A stretch of DNA of 64,000 nucleotides from an uncultured beta proteobacterium (GTDB lineage Bacteria; Pseudomonadota; Gammaproteobacteria; Burkholderiales; Usitatibacteraceae). The notes below the pieces were generated by a model. That model saw only the letters and a list, made by a program, of their open reading frames with translations. It was not told where the DNA came from and searched no databases. The stretch covers positions 1,106,680-1,170,679 of the forward strand of contig CAVOQC010000001.1 of NCBI GenBank assembly GCA_963698265.1, written 5' to 3'. Position numbers and translations under genes: made by a program. Shown here piece after piece: positions 63,587 to 64,000 of this stretch. Within the stretch, counting starts at the first letter, position 1, and each line of letters starts with the position of its first letter.

Positions 63587-64000
63587 ATGCAGGTGATCCG
63601 AAGCCTCCTCTCCGACGACGTGCCGCGCGGGCGCCTGCTCGTCGCACTCCTGGTCGCGATCCTCGTGGGCCTCGCGGCCGTCCCGTTCGTCGCGGGCGGT
63701 GCGCGCGCGCTCAACACCGCGGCCACGATCTGCGTCTTCATCGTCCTGGTGGCCTCCTACGACCTGCTGCTCGGCTATGCCGGCATCGTGTCCTTCGCCC
63801 ACACCATGTTCTACGGCATCGGCGCCTACGGCGTGGGCCTCGCGCTGGGCGCCATGGGCCCCACCTGGTGGGCCGTGTTCACGGGGCTCGCGACCGCGCT
63901 CACGGTGACGCTCGTGCTGGCGCTCGTCATCGGCCTGGTCTCGCTCAGGGTGCGCGCGCTCTTCTTCGCGATGATCACGCTCGCCGTGGCGTCCGCCTTC
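63587..64000 (+). CDS. Branched-chain amino acid-type ABC permease (LivM-like), 5' part; continues beyond the window
   Basis: Manual translation gives MQVIRSLLSDDVPRGRLLVALLVAILVGLAAVPFV...ICVFIVLVASYDLLLGYAGIVSFAHTMFYGIGAYG. AAGGGG SD. There is no stop before the window end, so it is absent from the track. Confidence 0.8.
   Translation, partial: MQVIRSLLSDDVPRGRLLVALLVAILVGLAAVPFVAGGARALNTAATICVFIVLVASYDLLLGYAGIVSFAHTMFYGIGAYGVGLALGAMGPTWWAVFTGLATALTVTLVLALVIGLVSLRVRALFFAMITLAVASAF

Overview
Very GC-rich proteobacterial chromosomal segment. Bug-family binding protein, CusRS-type copper genes, BdbCD-type Dsb pair and Liv-like ABC genes suggest a betaproteobacterium; that placement is inference only. 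I support about 55 protein-coding genes, one multiply frameshifted pseudogene and a few regulatory or terminator candidates. By eye I found no rRNA, tRNA, CRISPR array, transposase, integrase or phage gene. Layout: (i) 1-12.2 kb is a copper-homeostasis island. It holds cusS/cusR-like two-component genes, a same-strand cluster (DUF411/CopG-like, small secreted protein, TolC-like lipoprotein, multicopper oxidase, cupredoxin, CusF-like), a Met/Gly-repeat periplasmic protein, a P1B-type copper ATPase broken by six frameshifts, and a DsbA/DsbB-like pair. (ii) 12.3-22.7 kb is metabolism and transport: methyltransferase, fbaB, a translationally coupled cysteine-dioxygenase-like/CoA-transferase/enoyl-CoA-hydratase operon, VanZ, OPT transporter, fused betaine-type binding protein/permease, aminotransferase and ppk2. 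(iii) 22.7-29.4 kb is the most interesting part. A SIR2-like/TIR fusion gene is translationally coupled to a 1079-aa STAND-type NTPase that carries an internal transmembrane helix and a TPR-like C-terminal half. Divergently transcribed from them is a TPR / Rossmann(SLOG-like) / class III cyclase protein. I do not recognise this combination as a named defence or signalling system. (iv) 29.4-64 kb is mostly housekeeping: uup, an orphan GspE/MshE-like ATPase, DUF3014, metH with a terminator-containing leader, dxs, a TonB-dependent receptor, an enhancer-binding protein with a deviant GAFTGA loop, and a Liv-like ABC operon. Many long ORFs in the supplied track are antisense or shadow ORFs typical of high-GC DNA and were not called. 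All domain calls come from motif recognition by eye, and no searches were run.
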